A stretch of DNA of 64,000 nucleotides from an uncultured Aminicenantes bacterium (GTDB lineage Bacteria; Acidobacteriota; Aminicenantia; UBA2199): assembly GCA_965195285.1 (NCBI GenBank), contig CBDAFS010000007.1, forward strand, positions 1-64,000, in the 5' to 3' direction. Below are positions 48,283-56,715 of this stretch, piece by piece (the first letter of the stretch is position 1; every line of letters begins with the position of its first letter). The translations under genes and the position numbers were made by a program. The notes under the pieces were generated by a model, which had not been told where the DNA came from, did no database searches, and was given only the letters and a program-made list of their open reading frames with translations.

Positions 48283-50826
48283 ATGAAAAAAATCAAATTT
48301 TTTATTTTTTTTATCATTTCAGTTGCTTCCCTGATTTGGGGAATACAATCACCGGATGATTTTTTAGGATTTAAGCTGGGCAGTGATAAGAATCTTGCCC
48401 GATATAATCAAATAAAACAATATTTTGAAAAAATCGCTCGGGAATCTCCCCGGGTGATCCACTTTAATATCGGGAAAACCACCCGGAACAATGACATGAT
48501 CATGGCCGTGATTTCAGATCCGGAAAATTTAAAAAAATTGGATTTGTATAAAGGGATTTGCCGGAAATTGTCGCTTGCTGAAGTCGATTCAACTGAAGCG
48601 GAACAATTATCCCGTAACGGTAAAGCAGTGGTGTTTATTACCTGTAATCTTCATTCAACCGAAATCGGGTCATCTCAAATGGCCATGCAGATTCTTTATA
48701 AAATGGCTACCGACAATTCAGATGAAATCCGCCGGATCTTGGAAAATGTGATCTTTGTCCTGGTCCCCTCGGTTAATCCCGACGGGCAGATGATGGTGGT
48801 TGACTGGTATAACCGGTATAAGGGCACTCCTTTTGAGGGAGGTAGCCTTCCCTACCTGTACCACTGGTATGCCGGACATGATAATAACCGTGACTGGTTT
48901 AAAATCAACCTGAAAGAAACATGGAACATTACCAATCAATTGTACTTTCACTGGTTTCCCCAGCTATTGGTAGATGAACATCAGATGGGCAGCTCCGGGG
49001 ATCGGTTTTTTATCCCTCCTTTTCAAGATCCTCCAACGCCCAATGTACATCCTCTGGTGTGGCAAACCATTAACTTGGTGGGATCAGGTATTGCTTTTGA
49101 TCTGGGCAGGTTGAATTATAAGGGGGTGGCCTCCCGGGGATTTTTTACCGGCTGGTGGATTGGTGCATTGGATGATTCGGCCTGGTTTCACAATATCCCG
49201 GGTATTTTGTTTGAGGCAGCCTCGGTTCGGGTGGCCTCCCCGGTCTATATCGAATCCGAAGAAGTCAGAAGCGCTGAAAGTCGGATGAATGAAGAACGGA
49301 TTTTTAGCCCAGATCCCTGGGAGGGAGGATGGTGGAGGCTTCAGGACATTGTTGACTATGAGCTGAATGCCACCCTGTCGGTCCTCAGATCTGCCGCAAT
49401 TTATCGACAAGAATTATTGTGGAATTCTTATAAGATGGCAGTGGATAATTTAGAAAAGGGTAAAAATACACCTCCTTTTGCCTATATTCTTCCCGTCCAA
49501 CAGACCGATCCGATCACCGGTGAAAAATTCATTAAAACCTTATTAAAATCGAATATCAGGGTATTTAGATTAATGAAGCCATTACAACTGGATTCCTTTC
49601 AATTTAAAGCAGGTTCATTTGTAATCCCATTATCCCAGCCCTTCCGTAGTTTTGTCCATAACCTGCTTTCCATTCAACATTACCCGGATTTGAGAAGGAA
49701 TGAATCTGAGTCACCTGTATTGCCTTACGATTCTGCCGGATGGACCCTGTCTCTGGGGATGGGTTTGAAAGTTATGGAAATCAAAAAACCATTTCAAGCT
49801 GAAATGAAACAGGTAAAACTTGGTGATGTTTATAAACGACCGTTGCCCTCTGAAATATTTGAATACATTCTGCTTGATTCCCGCTTTAACAATTCCTATT
49901 TGGCCGCAGCCTCCTGTTTACAAAACGGGATATCTGTTTGGCGGAATCAAAAATGGGAAAAATGTTCTCGTGGTTCATTTCTGGTAAAAAAATCCCAGGC
50001 ATTGACCATTTTAACAAAGTTGAATCAGATCCATCCCATCGATATCCAGAGTTTTAATCAGGTCCCGATTGATCAATTCAACCGTTTGAAATCTTTTAAA
50101 GTGGGCCTCTATCAGAATTGGGGACACAATATGACCGAAGGCTGGACCCGGTTTGTTTTTGACGAATTCAAAATCCCTTATGAAACGGTACATCCCGGCG
50201 ATTTCTTAAAGAAAAACTTCATAAATGAATATGACGTTCTGGTATTTGTAGGGGTACACAAGAGAACCATTGAATCCGGTCTGCCACCCAAAAAATGGGA
50301 ACGGTGGTTTTCTCCATTGCCACCGAAATATAGCAAGGGAATCGGTAAGAAAGGTGAAGCCATTTTGCATAAATTTCTAAAAGCCGGGAAGACCCTGATT
50401 TTCATGGGGGATGGGTGTAACTATGCGATTGAAAAGTTTAAAATGCCGGTAGTCAATATCAAAGAGCAATCGAAGAAAATCCTTTGCCCCGGCAGTTACC
50501 TCAGGGCTCAAGTAAAAGAATCTGATTTGACCCTGGGATTGGAGGGGGATATTGCTGTCTTTTATGAAGAAGATCCGGTTTTTCGTACTTATTTGCCCAG
50601 AAATTATAATGAAACCAGAAAAACCCCGGTTGTTTTCGGCAGACGAAATCTGCTATTATCCGGGTGGTTAGAAGGAGAGGATTTTCTGCTTAGAAAATCC
50701 CTGGTGGTTGATTTCATGAGGGGGAATGGCAGAATCATTTTAATCGGACCGGATATTATCCACCGTGCTCAATCCGAGGGGACCTATAAGCTTATGTTTA
50801 ATGCCCTGTTCACAGGTGCTCAATAA
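48283..50826 (+). CDS. Secreted M14 zinc carboxypeptidase family protein
   Basis: Signal peptide; LHSTE, NPDG, HDNNRD, DEHQM; C-terminal GWTRFVFD class-I amidotransferase-like region. Confidence 0.88.
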   Translation: MKKIKFFIFFIISVASLIWGIQSPDDFLGFKLGSDKNLARYNQIKQYFEKIARESPRVIHFNIGKTTRNNDMIMAVISDPENLKKLDLYKGICRKLSLAEVDSTEAEQLSRNGKAVVFITCNLHSTEIGSSQMAMQILYKMATDNSDEIRRILENVIFVLVPSVNPDGQMMVVDWYNRYKGTPFEGGSLPYLYHWYAGHDNNRDWFKINLKETWNITNQLYFHWFPQLLVDEHQMGSSGDRFFIPPFQDPPTPNVHPLVWQTINLVGSGIAFDLGRLNYKGVASRGFFTGWWIGALDDSAWFHNIPGILFEAASVRVASPVYIESEEVRSAESRMNEERIFSPDPWEGGWWRLQDIVDYELNATLSVLRSAAIYRQELLWNSYKMAVDNLEKGKNTPPFAYILPVQQTDPITGEKFIKTLLKSNIRVFRLMKPLQLDSFQFKAGSFVIPLSQPFRSFVHNLLSIQHYPDLRRNESESPVLPYDSAGWTLSLGMGLKVMEIKKPFQAEMKQVKLGDVYKRPLPSEIFEYILLDSRFNNSYLAAASCLQNGISVWRNQKWEKCSRGSFLVKKSQALTILTKLNQIHPIDIQSFNQVPIDQFNRLKSFKVGLYQNWGHNMTEGWTRFVFDEFKIPYETVHPGDFLKKNFINEYDVLVFVGVHKRTIESGLPPKKWERWFSPLPPKYSKGIGKKGEAILHKFLKAGKTLIFMGDGCNYAIEKFKMPVVNIKEQSKKILCPGSYLRAQVKESDLTLGLEGDIAVFYEEDPVFRTYLPRNYNETRKTPVVFGRRNLLLSGWLEGEDFLLRKSLVVDFMRGNGRIILIGPDIIHRAQSEGTYKLMFNALFTGAQ

Positions 50827-51738
50827 TTGGATATGGCCCCGCTTTACCAAGGGTTGACTCAACCGGATTGGGAATCCCGAATTGCTTTTTTCAGGGAATC
50901 ACACAGTCCATGTCAGTTGTGTCCTCGCAGATGTGGGGCTGACCGGGGAAATGATAAACCCGGAATATGCCAGGCAGCCCAAAAGGTCAAAATTGCCTCC
51001 TTTAGCCTTCACTTTGGAGAGGAACCTCCCATTTCCGGATACCAGGGCTCGGGAACCATTTTTTTTTCCGGTTGCACCCTGAAATGCTGTTTTTGTCAAA
51101 ACTACCCCATTTCACAGTTTTTTAATGGCGAGTATTATGATATCTGTCAACTGGCCGATATCATGCTTCATCTTCAGAAAAAGGGTGCTCAGAATATAAA
51201 CCTCGTATCCCCCACTCCATATCTTTACCATTTTGCTGAAGCCCTGTATTCGGCCTCAAAAAGGGGATTGAATATTCCCATTGTGTATAATACCAGCGGA
51301 TACGAGAGGATTAATATTATTCAATATTTGAAAGATTTGGTCGATATTTATATGCCGGATTTCAAATATTATGATAATAAAATTGCCCTTCAATTCTCTG
51401 GAGTTAACAACTATATGGAAAATGCACGGGATTCAATAAGTGAGATGTTCAGCCAGGTGGGTGAACTGGTCCTGGACAGTGAAGGAAGGGGAATAAGGGG
51501 TTTGCTTATCCGGCATCTCATTTTACCCGGTCAGGTGCAAGATTCAAAGAATGTGTTGAAAACCATAGCGGAAGACGGCTTAAACAATTCCTATCTGAGT
51601 CTGATGAGCCAATATTTCCCGGCCTACCAGGCTACTGACACCGTAATAAACCGGCGCATAACCGCAGAAGAGTATAGTAAAGTGAAGCAATATGCACTGG
51701 AACTGGGTTTCGCCAAAGGCTGGTTTCAGGACATATAA
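50827..51738 (+). CDS. pflX: Radical SAM protein, PflX type
   Basis: CQLCPRRC, HFGEEPPISG..GSGTIFFSGC...C.FCQN, YNTSGY, YMPDFKY, IRHLILPG, MSQYFP. Confidence 0.88.
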   Translation: MDMAPLYQGLTQPDWESRIAFFRESHSPCQLCPRRCGADRGNDKPGICQAAQKVKIASFSLHFGEEPPISGYQGSGTIFFSGCTLKCCFCQNYPISQFFNGEYYDICQLADIMLHLQKKGAQNINLVSPTPYLYHFAEALYSASKRGLNIPIVYNTSGYERINIIQYLKDLVDIYMPDFKYYDNKIALQFSGVNNYMENARDSISEMFSQVGELVLDSEGRGIRGLLIRHLILPGQVQDSKNVLKTIAEDGLNNSYLSLMSQYFPAYQATDTVINRRITAEEYSKVKQYALELGFAKGWFQDI

Positions 51739-51739
51739 T

Positions 51740-51822
51740 AGTTAAGAGCACAGAGTTTAGAGTTAAAAAGCGGAGTATACAGCTTTGCTTAACTCTTGCC
51801 TCTTAACTCCATACTCTTAATA
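51740..51822. repeat. Inverted array of degenerate 7-mers forming a long hairpin between convergent genes (probable bidirectional terminator)
   Basis: AGTTAAG AGCACAG AGTTTAG AGTTAAA ... CTTAACT CTTGCCT CTTAACT CCATACT CTTAATA. Confidence 0.7.
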
Positions 51823-53331
51823 TCCCGCCATCTCCACCACGGCGACAAAAATCAATTGAGCCAGGTCTTCCATGATTTCCGGTGTGATGATATCCGGAGT
51901 ATCTAGGGTCTTATGATAAACCGAATAGGGAAGTTCATCACCACCATAGCTTGAAAATGAAATAGTAGGAATACCGGCCCACATGAAGCGAGAGGCATCT
52001 AATCGTGGCCTGGCCAGGTTATGAAAATGTTCGGCAGTAATGACCCGGTGAACAAATTGTTGATTTGCCCTTTTCAAATACTGCCAGATTTGTGGATAAT
52101 TTTGTGCCGCCAGGGCCTCTATCTTTCTCCCCCTGCCAACCCCGTCCATATTAATGAAAGCCATGACCTTTTTATGGGGCACCAACGGGTGTTTTAAATA
52201 AAATTGAGATCCGACCACTCCCTGTTCTTCTGCTCCAAACAGAATAAAAATAATGGTCCGTTTCAGGGAAAAGGGCAATCTGGATAAAGCTTCTGCAACA
52301 CCCAGCACCACAGCCACTCCCGATGCATTGTCATTGGCCCCGGGCATGAGCAGATGGTTACAGCCCACATGATCCAGATGAGCCCCGATGATGATGGCCT
52401 CCCCTTTCTTTTCCGGGTCTTGGCCTTTCAGTATTCCGATCACGTTGTAGGCGGTGCCATCGGGATGATGTTCGGTATTATTTTTTAAGGTAAGAATTTT
52501 GCCAGTGGCAAAAGACTGGGGTTTTCGGTTATTCTGAATTTTTTTTTTGACCTGTTTAAGGGTTTTTCCGGTTCCCAGAAAGATATCATTGATCATGGCA
52601 GGACCGGCATAAGTCAGAATAAACTTTTCAATAAATTGACAATTCGGATTGGCGATATGATAATTATATAGCATACCGGCCACCCCGTGTTCTTTGGCAT
52701 TTTTTACCTTGTATTGGTGAAACGAATAATCCCGCCATTTTTTGAATTCTTCAGGCTCTTTCTCAGGGAACACCGGGGCTTCACGTTCCATCAATACAAT
52801 TTTCCCCTTAACATCAAGACCTTTGTATTCATCGAACCCAAGTTCCGGAGCGGTTATACCGTATCCCACGTATATCACTTCGGCGGTCACTTCACCGCTG
52901 TCTGAAGTGGAACCCGGAATAAAATCTTTTTCATAGATATAGGGTTTCAGAAGGATTTGATTGTCTGCTACTGGAATATGGAGAATGGCTTCGGAGCCTT
53001 CAAAAACCAGAGTATAGGGATTTGGAAAGGCCTGAAAGTAAGTATGGTCATCTCCACCGGGTTTTATTCCCATTTTTTTCAGTAATCCGCTGACCCATCT
53101 GGTCGCCGCATTGTATCCTTCCGTACCGGTTAAGCGGCCCCCGTATTTTTCCGAACACAATTCCTTAACATAAGCGAATAAATCATGACTGGAAATCGAA
53201 TGCATCCCGGAAATGACCTGTTGTTTTATATCAATCTGATTTTTTTTGGCCTGAAGTGGCGAAAAAAAGCCAATATAAATGACCAAAAGCATGGCCAGAA
53301 AACCAGTCAATTTGTTAAATGTTTTTTTCAT
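51817..53331 (-). CDS. M28 family peptidase with PA domain
   Basis: GRLTG, YVGYGI, GAHLDHVG, GANDNASG, GAEEQG..GS, NMDGVG, YH...D. Confidence 0.92.
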   Translation of the reverse strand: MKKTFNKLTGFLAMLLVIYIGFFSPLQAKKNQIDIKQQVISGMHSISSHDLFAYVKELCSEKYGGRLTGTEGYNAATRWVSGLLKKMGIKPGGDDHTYFQAFPNPYTLVFEGSEAILHIPVADNQILLKPYIYEKDFIPGSTSDSGEVTAEVIYVGYGITAPELGFDEYKGLDVKGKIVLMEREAPVFPEKEPEEFKKWRDYSFHQYKVKNAKEHGVAGMLYNYHIANPNCQFIEKFILTYAGPAMINDIFLGTGKTLKQVKKKIQNNRKPQSFATGKILTLKNNTEHHPDGTAYNVIGILKGQDPEKKGEAIIIGAHLDHVGCNHLLMPGANDNASGVAVVLGVAEALSRLPFSLKRTIIFILFGAEEQGVVGSQFYLKHPLVPHKKVMAFINMDGVGRGRKIEALAAQNYPQIWQYLKRANQQFVHRVITAEHFHNLARPRLDASRFMWAGIPTISFSSYGGDELPYSVYHKTLDTPDIITPEIMEDLAQLIFVAVVEMAGY

Positions 53332-53357
53332 ACTGCCTCCTTGGTAATGTTTTGAAT

Positions 53358-54266
53358 TTATTTCAATTTATTGAGCCTTTTTCCTTGAAAGGTATGGCTG
53401 TTTTTCATTCGGGTTTTAATGGCATTGATGGTTTCGGCTTTTTGAAGGGCCCAGACTGGTTTATGAAAAAGTTCTCTTTCTCTTTCTCCAGTAAGACGGT
53501 GGATTACAATCGAGGGATCAAGATGTTCCAAAAGACATACAATGATATCGATATATTCTTCAAATGACATAAGCCGGAACTGTTGGTTTTGGTATAAGTA
53601 AAAAAGGGGGGTGTTTTTCAATACATGAAAAAGGTGAAATTTAATTCCGGCAGGTTGTAAACGATTCATCTCTTTAATGGTTTCCAGCATGTCTCCGGTT
53701 GTTTCTCCGGGGATGCCAACGATTAAATGAACAACCACATCAATTTGTAGCCGTTTCAGTTGCTGAAAAACATCTAAGAAATGAGAATAACTGTGGTTAC
53801 GGTTTAAGAATTTCAAGCTCTTTTCATGAATTGATTGTAAACCCAGTTCAATTGTGAAGTAAATCTCCTTATTCAATTTCTCCAGCAGCGGAAAGGCCTC
53901 CGTTTTGATGGCATCCGGACGGGTTCCGATAAAAAATCCCACAATATCCGGGTATGAAAAAATAACCGAATACTTGCTTTTCAACACGGATATCGGAGCA
54001 TGGGTATTGGTGTGGGCCTGATAATAGGCGATATATTTAATTCCCGGGTTGGCCTGAATAAAATGTTCGATTTGACCTTCGATGCTCAGCCCATAGGTTT
54101 TTATAGGTCCGGAACCATATTCATCGCAAAAAATACAGCCCTGATCGGAAAGCGTACCATCTTTATTGGGGCATTTAAACCCCGCATTAATGGGAATTTT
54201 TCTGACTTTTTGTTTACCGAACTTTGTCTTTAAAAAGGTATTAAAGGAATAATAAGGTTCATTCAT
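53358..54266 (-). CDS. TIGR01212 family radical SAM protein (YhcC-like)
   Basis: GFKCPNKDG....GCIFC, YYQA.TNT, GTRPD, IELGLQS, HLIVGIPGE, GIKFH, IHRLTG. Confidence 0.9.
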   Translation of the reverse strand: MNEPYYSFNTFLKTKFGKQKVRKIPINAGFKCPNKDGTLSDQGCIFCDEYGSGPIKTYGLSIEGQIEHFIQANPGIKYIAYYQAHTNTHAPISVLKSKYSVIFSYPDIVGFFIGTRPDAIKTEAFPLLEKLNKEIYFTIELGLQSIHEKSLKFLNRNHSYSHFLDVFQQLKRLQIDVVVHLIVGIPGETTGDMLETIKEMNRLQPAGIKFHLFHVLKNTPLFYLYQNQQFRLMSFEEYIDIIVCLLEHLDPSIVIHRLTGERERELFHKPVWALQKAETINAIKTRMKNSHTFQGKRLNKLK

Positions 54267-54627
54267 TCAGCAGGGAAATGATTTTTTCATATAGTAAGTT
54301 CAGGATGAGAGGCTTTATAAAATAGGCATCTACATATTCACTTTCCAGAAAATCGGAAAGCTCTCCGCCTTTATAGACACCGGAAATGACAATGATCGGT
54401 ATTTTGTGTTGGGTTTTTATGATTTTAACCAGATCAATTCCATGAATTCCGGGAAGCAGCAGATCGGTTATCAATATATCCGCATGTTCGGTTTTGATGA
54501 TTTCCAAGGCCCTTGATCCGGTTTCGGCCACCAGGGTGTTGAAATGTCTTTCTTCTAAAAAATCCTTTAACAAATATAACACATCTGAATCGTCATCAAC
54601 AATTAGAATGGTTTTTTTATCAGCCAT
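54259..54627 (-). CDS. Single-domain response regulator receiver
   Basis: ILIVDDD, ITDLLLPGIHG, ISG, KP; ATG 54627 overlaps the upstream gene end. Confidence 0.9.
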   Translation of the reverse strand: MADKKTILIVDDDSDVLYLLKDFLEERHFNTLVAETGSRALEIIKTEHADILITDLLLPGIHGIDLVKIIKTQHKIPIIVISGVYKGGELSDFLESEYVDAYFIKPLILNLLYEKIISLLNE

Positions 54628-55168
54628 TTTTGATTTCCTTATAAATTTTGTAATATTCTCCGAACGACCAGAGTAAAAAACTGAATACCAATGCAATGGC
54701 AAACCGTTTGAGGATTTCAAGGTTCAGTGATGGATTTAAATCGATCACATAGAACAAGATTAAGATACTCAATCCGCCAAAGGTTACCTTTCCGATAATA
54801 ATGGAAGACTTTATCGAATGTGATTTACGGTAAACAATGAAGCTGGCCAGTAAAATGAAAAAATCCCTGATAATGATAAAAACAGCCAGCCATATCGGGA
54901 AGCGGGCAGTGATCATGAACGCAACCACTAGAAAAAAAATCAGAAGTTTGTCTGCCAGAGGATCCAGAATTTTTCCCAGCTTGGTTTCCTGATGAAATCT
55001 TCGAGCGATAAATCCGTCCATGAAATCCAGTAAAACAGTAAAAAAATAGGCAGAGATCAACATGGGATAAATTTCGGGGGAAAAATTTAAAATTAGCAGG
55101 AAGAGTACCGGAATCATGGCAATTCTCAACAGACTCATGCTGTTGGGAACATTCAGCACCTTTTCCAT
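54620..55168 (-). CDS. CDP-alcohol phosphatidyltransferase (PgsA/cardiolipin synthase type)
   Basis: NVPN.MS.LR, D.MDG.IAR....T.LG..LDPLADK. Confidence 0.92.
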   Translation of the reverse strand: MEKVLNVPNSMSLLRIAMIPVLFLLILNFSPEIYPMLISAYFFTVLLDFMDGFIARRFHQETKLGKILDPLADKLLIFFLVVAFMITARFPIWLAVFIIIRDFFILLASFIVYRKSHSIKSSIIIGKVTFGGLSILILFYVIDLNPSLNLEILKRFAIALVFSFLLWSFGEYYKIYKEIKNG

Positions 55169-55329
55169 ACCATTAAAATAGCCTATTTTGTTAAAAAAAT
55201 CAATAGCAGGAGTCAGGGGGAGAATGTGCCTATTTGTTTTAAAATCTTTTTAGTTTGACATATTTATAAAGGGAAGGTATATAATGGGTGGAATTATTTT
55301 TCATTTTAAGAATTAAAAAAGGAGGGAAA

Positions 55330-56133
55330 ATGAAAAGATTTGGATATTTATCAATATTGATTGTATTCTTGACCGTCTCCTCATTTGCCGGGGTGGAATG
55401 GGTAAGTAAAATTACCACCACGGACAATAAAAAAAGTAAGGACAGTGAGATGACTTCCCAGGTCTATGCTCAGGATGGAGATGTAAAGCAGGTTTTTAAG
55501 AATGTTTCCAAAAGTAAACGCAATGTATATGTAGAGGAAGGTTACTGGTTGTACAAGGGCCACGAGAAAATGATGTATATTGTGAATGACAAAGAAAAAA
55601 CCGTAACTCCTGTATCGTTGGACTATTTACTTCAAATGATGGGTGTTGTAGGACAGTTGATACAAATCAATATCTCCGATCAACAAGTTGATGTTGAAGC
55701 GTTAAACCAGGAAAAGGTGCTGGGTTATCTGTGTAATCATATACGAATCACATCAGACTATACCATGAATATGAAAATCACCATTATAAAAAAAACCATG
55801 ATGATAAACGAAGTTAAGGAAATCTGGGCCAGTCCCAATATCAAACATCTCGAGGAGATCAATCAGGCTTTCTTAAATAAAGATTTTAGAACCGGTTTTG
55901 AGGATTTGGATAAAATGATTAATAAGGAAATGAAACTGATGAAAAAAATTGGTTTTCCTTTGAAGATCATCACCCATAACATTCAGAAAAACAAAAAGGG
56001 TAAGGTGAAAAGTGATTCGACCACCACCATGGAAGTGATAAAAATAAATCCCAAAAGTTTTCCTAAATCTTTTTTTGAAATTCCCAAAGATTACCAGGAA
56101 GTGGAAGTTTCCACTGGTCCAAATCTTTATTAA
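55330..56133 (+). CDS. Secreted DUF4412-like protein
   Basis: GGAGG RBS, signal peptide, E.VLGY.C, EIWAS, GFPLK, FEIPKDY. Confidence 0.7.
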   Translation: MKRFGYLSILIVFLTVSSFAGVEWVSKITTTDNKKSKDSEMTSQVYAQDGDVKQVFKNVSKSKRNVYVEEGYWLYKGHEKMMYIVNDKEKTVTPVSLDYLLQMMGVVGQLIQINISDQQVDVEALNQEKVLGYLCNHIRITSDYTMNMKITIIKKTMMINEVKEIWASPNIKHLEEINQAFLNKDFRTGFEDLDKMINKEMKLMKKIGFPLKIITHNIQKNKKGKVKSDSTTTMEVIKINPKSFPKSFFEIPKDYQEVEVSTGPNLY

Positions 56134-56199
56134 TTCAATATCCACTTTTCCCGATCCTGCAGGAACTGGTTGTGTTATAATTTTTTCAGGAGTTATCTT

Positions 56200-56346
56200 A
56201 TGCTTGATGGACTATCCAAACTCTTTGCCGGAGAGTATGGTATCAACGGATTATTGGTGGGAGGATTACTGGTTGTATTTGGGATTATCATTATCCTAAT
56301 CACAATTCAATTGAGCAAGAAAAGGAAGAAGAAAGAGAAGAGTTAA
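56200..56346 (+). CDS. Small single-TM protein (48 aa), below the ORF-track cutoff
   Basis: TATAAT, AGGAG RBS, ATG 56200; MLDGLSKLFAGEYGINGLLVGGLLVVFGIIIILITIQLSKKRKKKEKS. Confidence 0.65.
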   Translation: MLDGLSKLFAGEYGINGLLVGGLLVVFGIIIILITIQLSKKRKKKEKS

Positions 56347-56449
56347 CTCTTGTATTGTGGAAATGTGGAAAGGAGGGTGGAAAAGGGAAAGATTCGCATT
56401 TTTAACATTCATTTCAAAAGATGTGAAAAAATATTACCTGTTCCAGAGA

Positions 56450-56563
56450 TTATTCTTGGGGAAGCTGGACACAGATTTCCCTGTTCATCCAGTCTGAGAG
56501 TGGTCACGCTGAGATAAATATGAATAACAATAATAAAAATAGCAAAATAAAAAATTTTTTCAT
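56450..56563 (-). CDS. Small ORF: 19-aa hydrophobic peptide ending at TGA, or 37-aa candidate selenoprotein if the TGA is recoded
   Basis: GGAG RBS; MKKFFILLFLLLLFIFISA-TGA(56506-56504)-PLSDWMNREICVQLPQE-TAA; hairpin at 56492-56465. Confidence 0.4.
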
Positions 56564-56590
56564 GTCATCTCCAATATATATATTCTTTGA

Positions 56591-56617
56591 GACGCTTTAT
56601 CGGTCCATATCGTTTCA
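56591..56617 (-). promoter_or_regulatory. ECF-sigma-type promoter upstream of the small ORF
   Basis: TGAAAC, 17 nt, CGTC, resembling the AAC/CGT consensus of ECF sigma factors. Confidence 0.45.
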
Positions 56618-56715
56618 AACCGATTTTTTCTGATTAAAAAAATTTACGAAAAAAGGAACTTCATTCAAATTAAGTTTAAAATAGTTTATAATGAATTTGA
56701 CAAGGAGGTTATGAG

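Noticed and set aside
51740-51822. CRISPR array
   Set aside because: The units are 7 bp with no spacers; I saw no 25-45 bp direct repeats or cas genes anywhere in the window.
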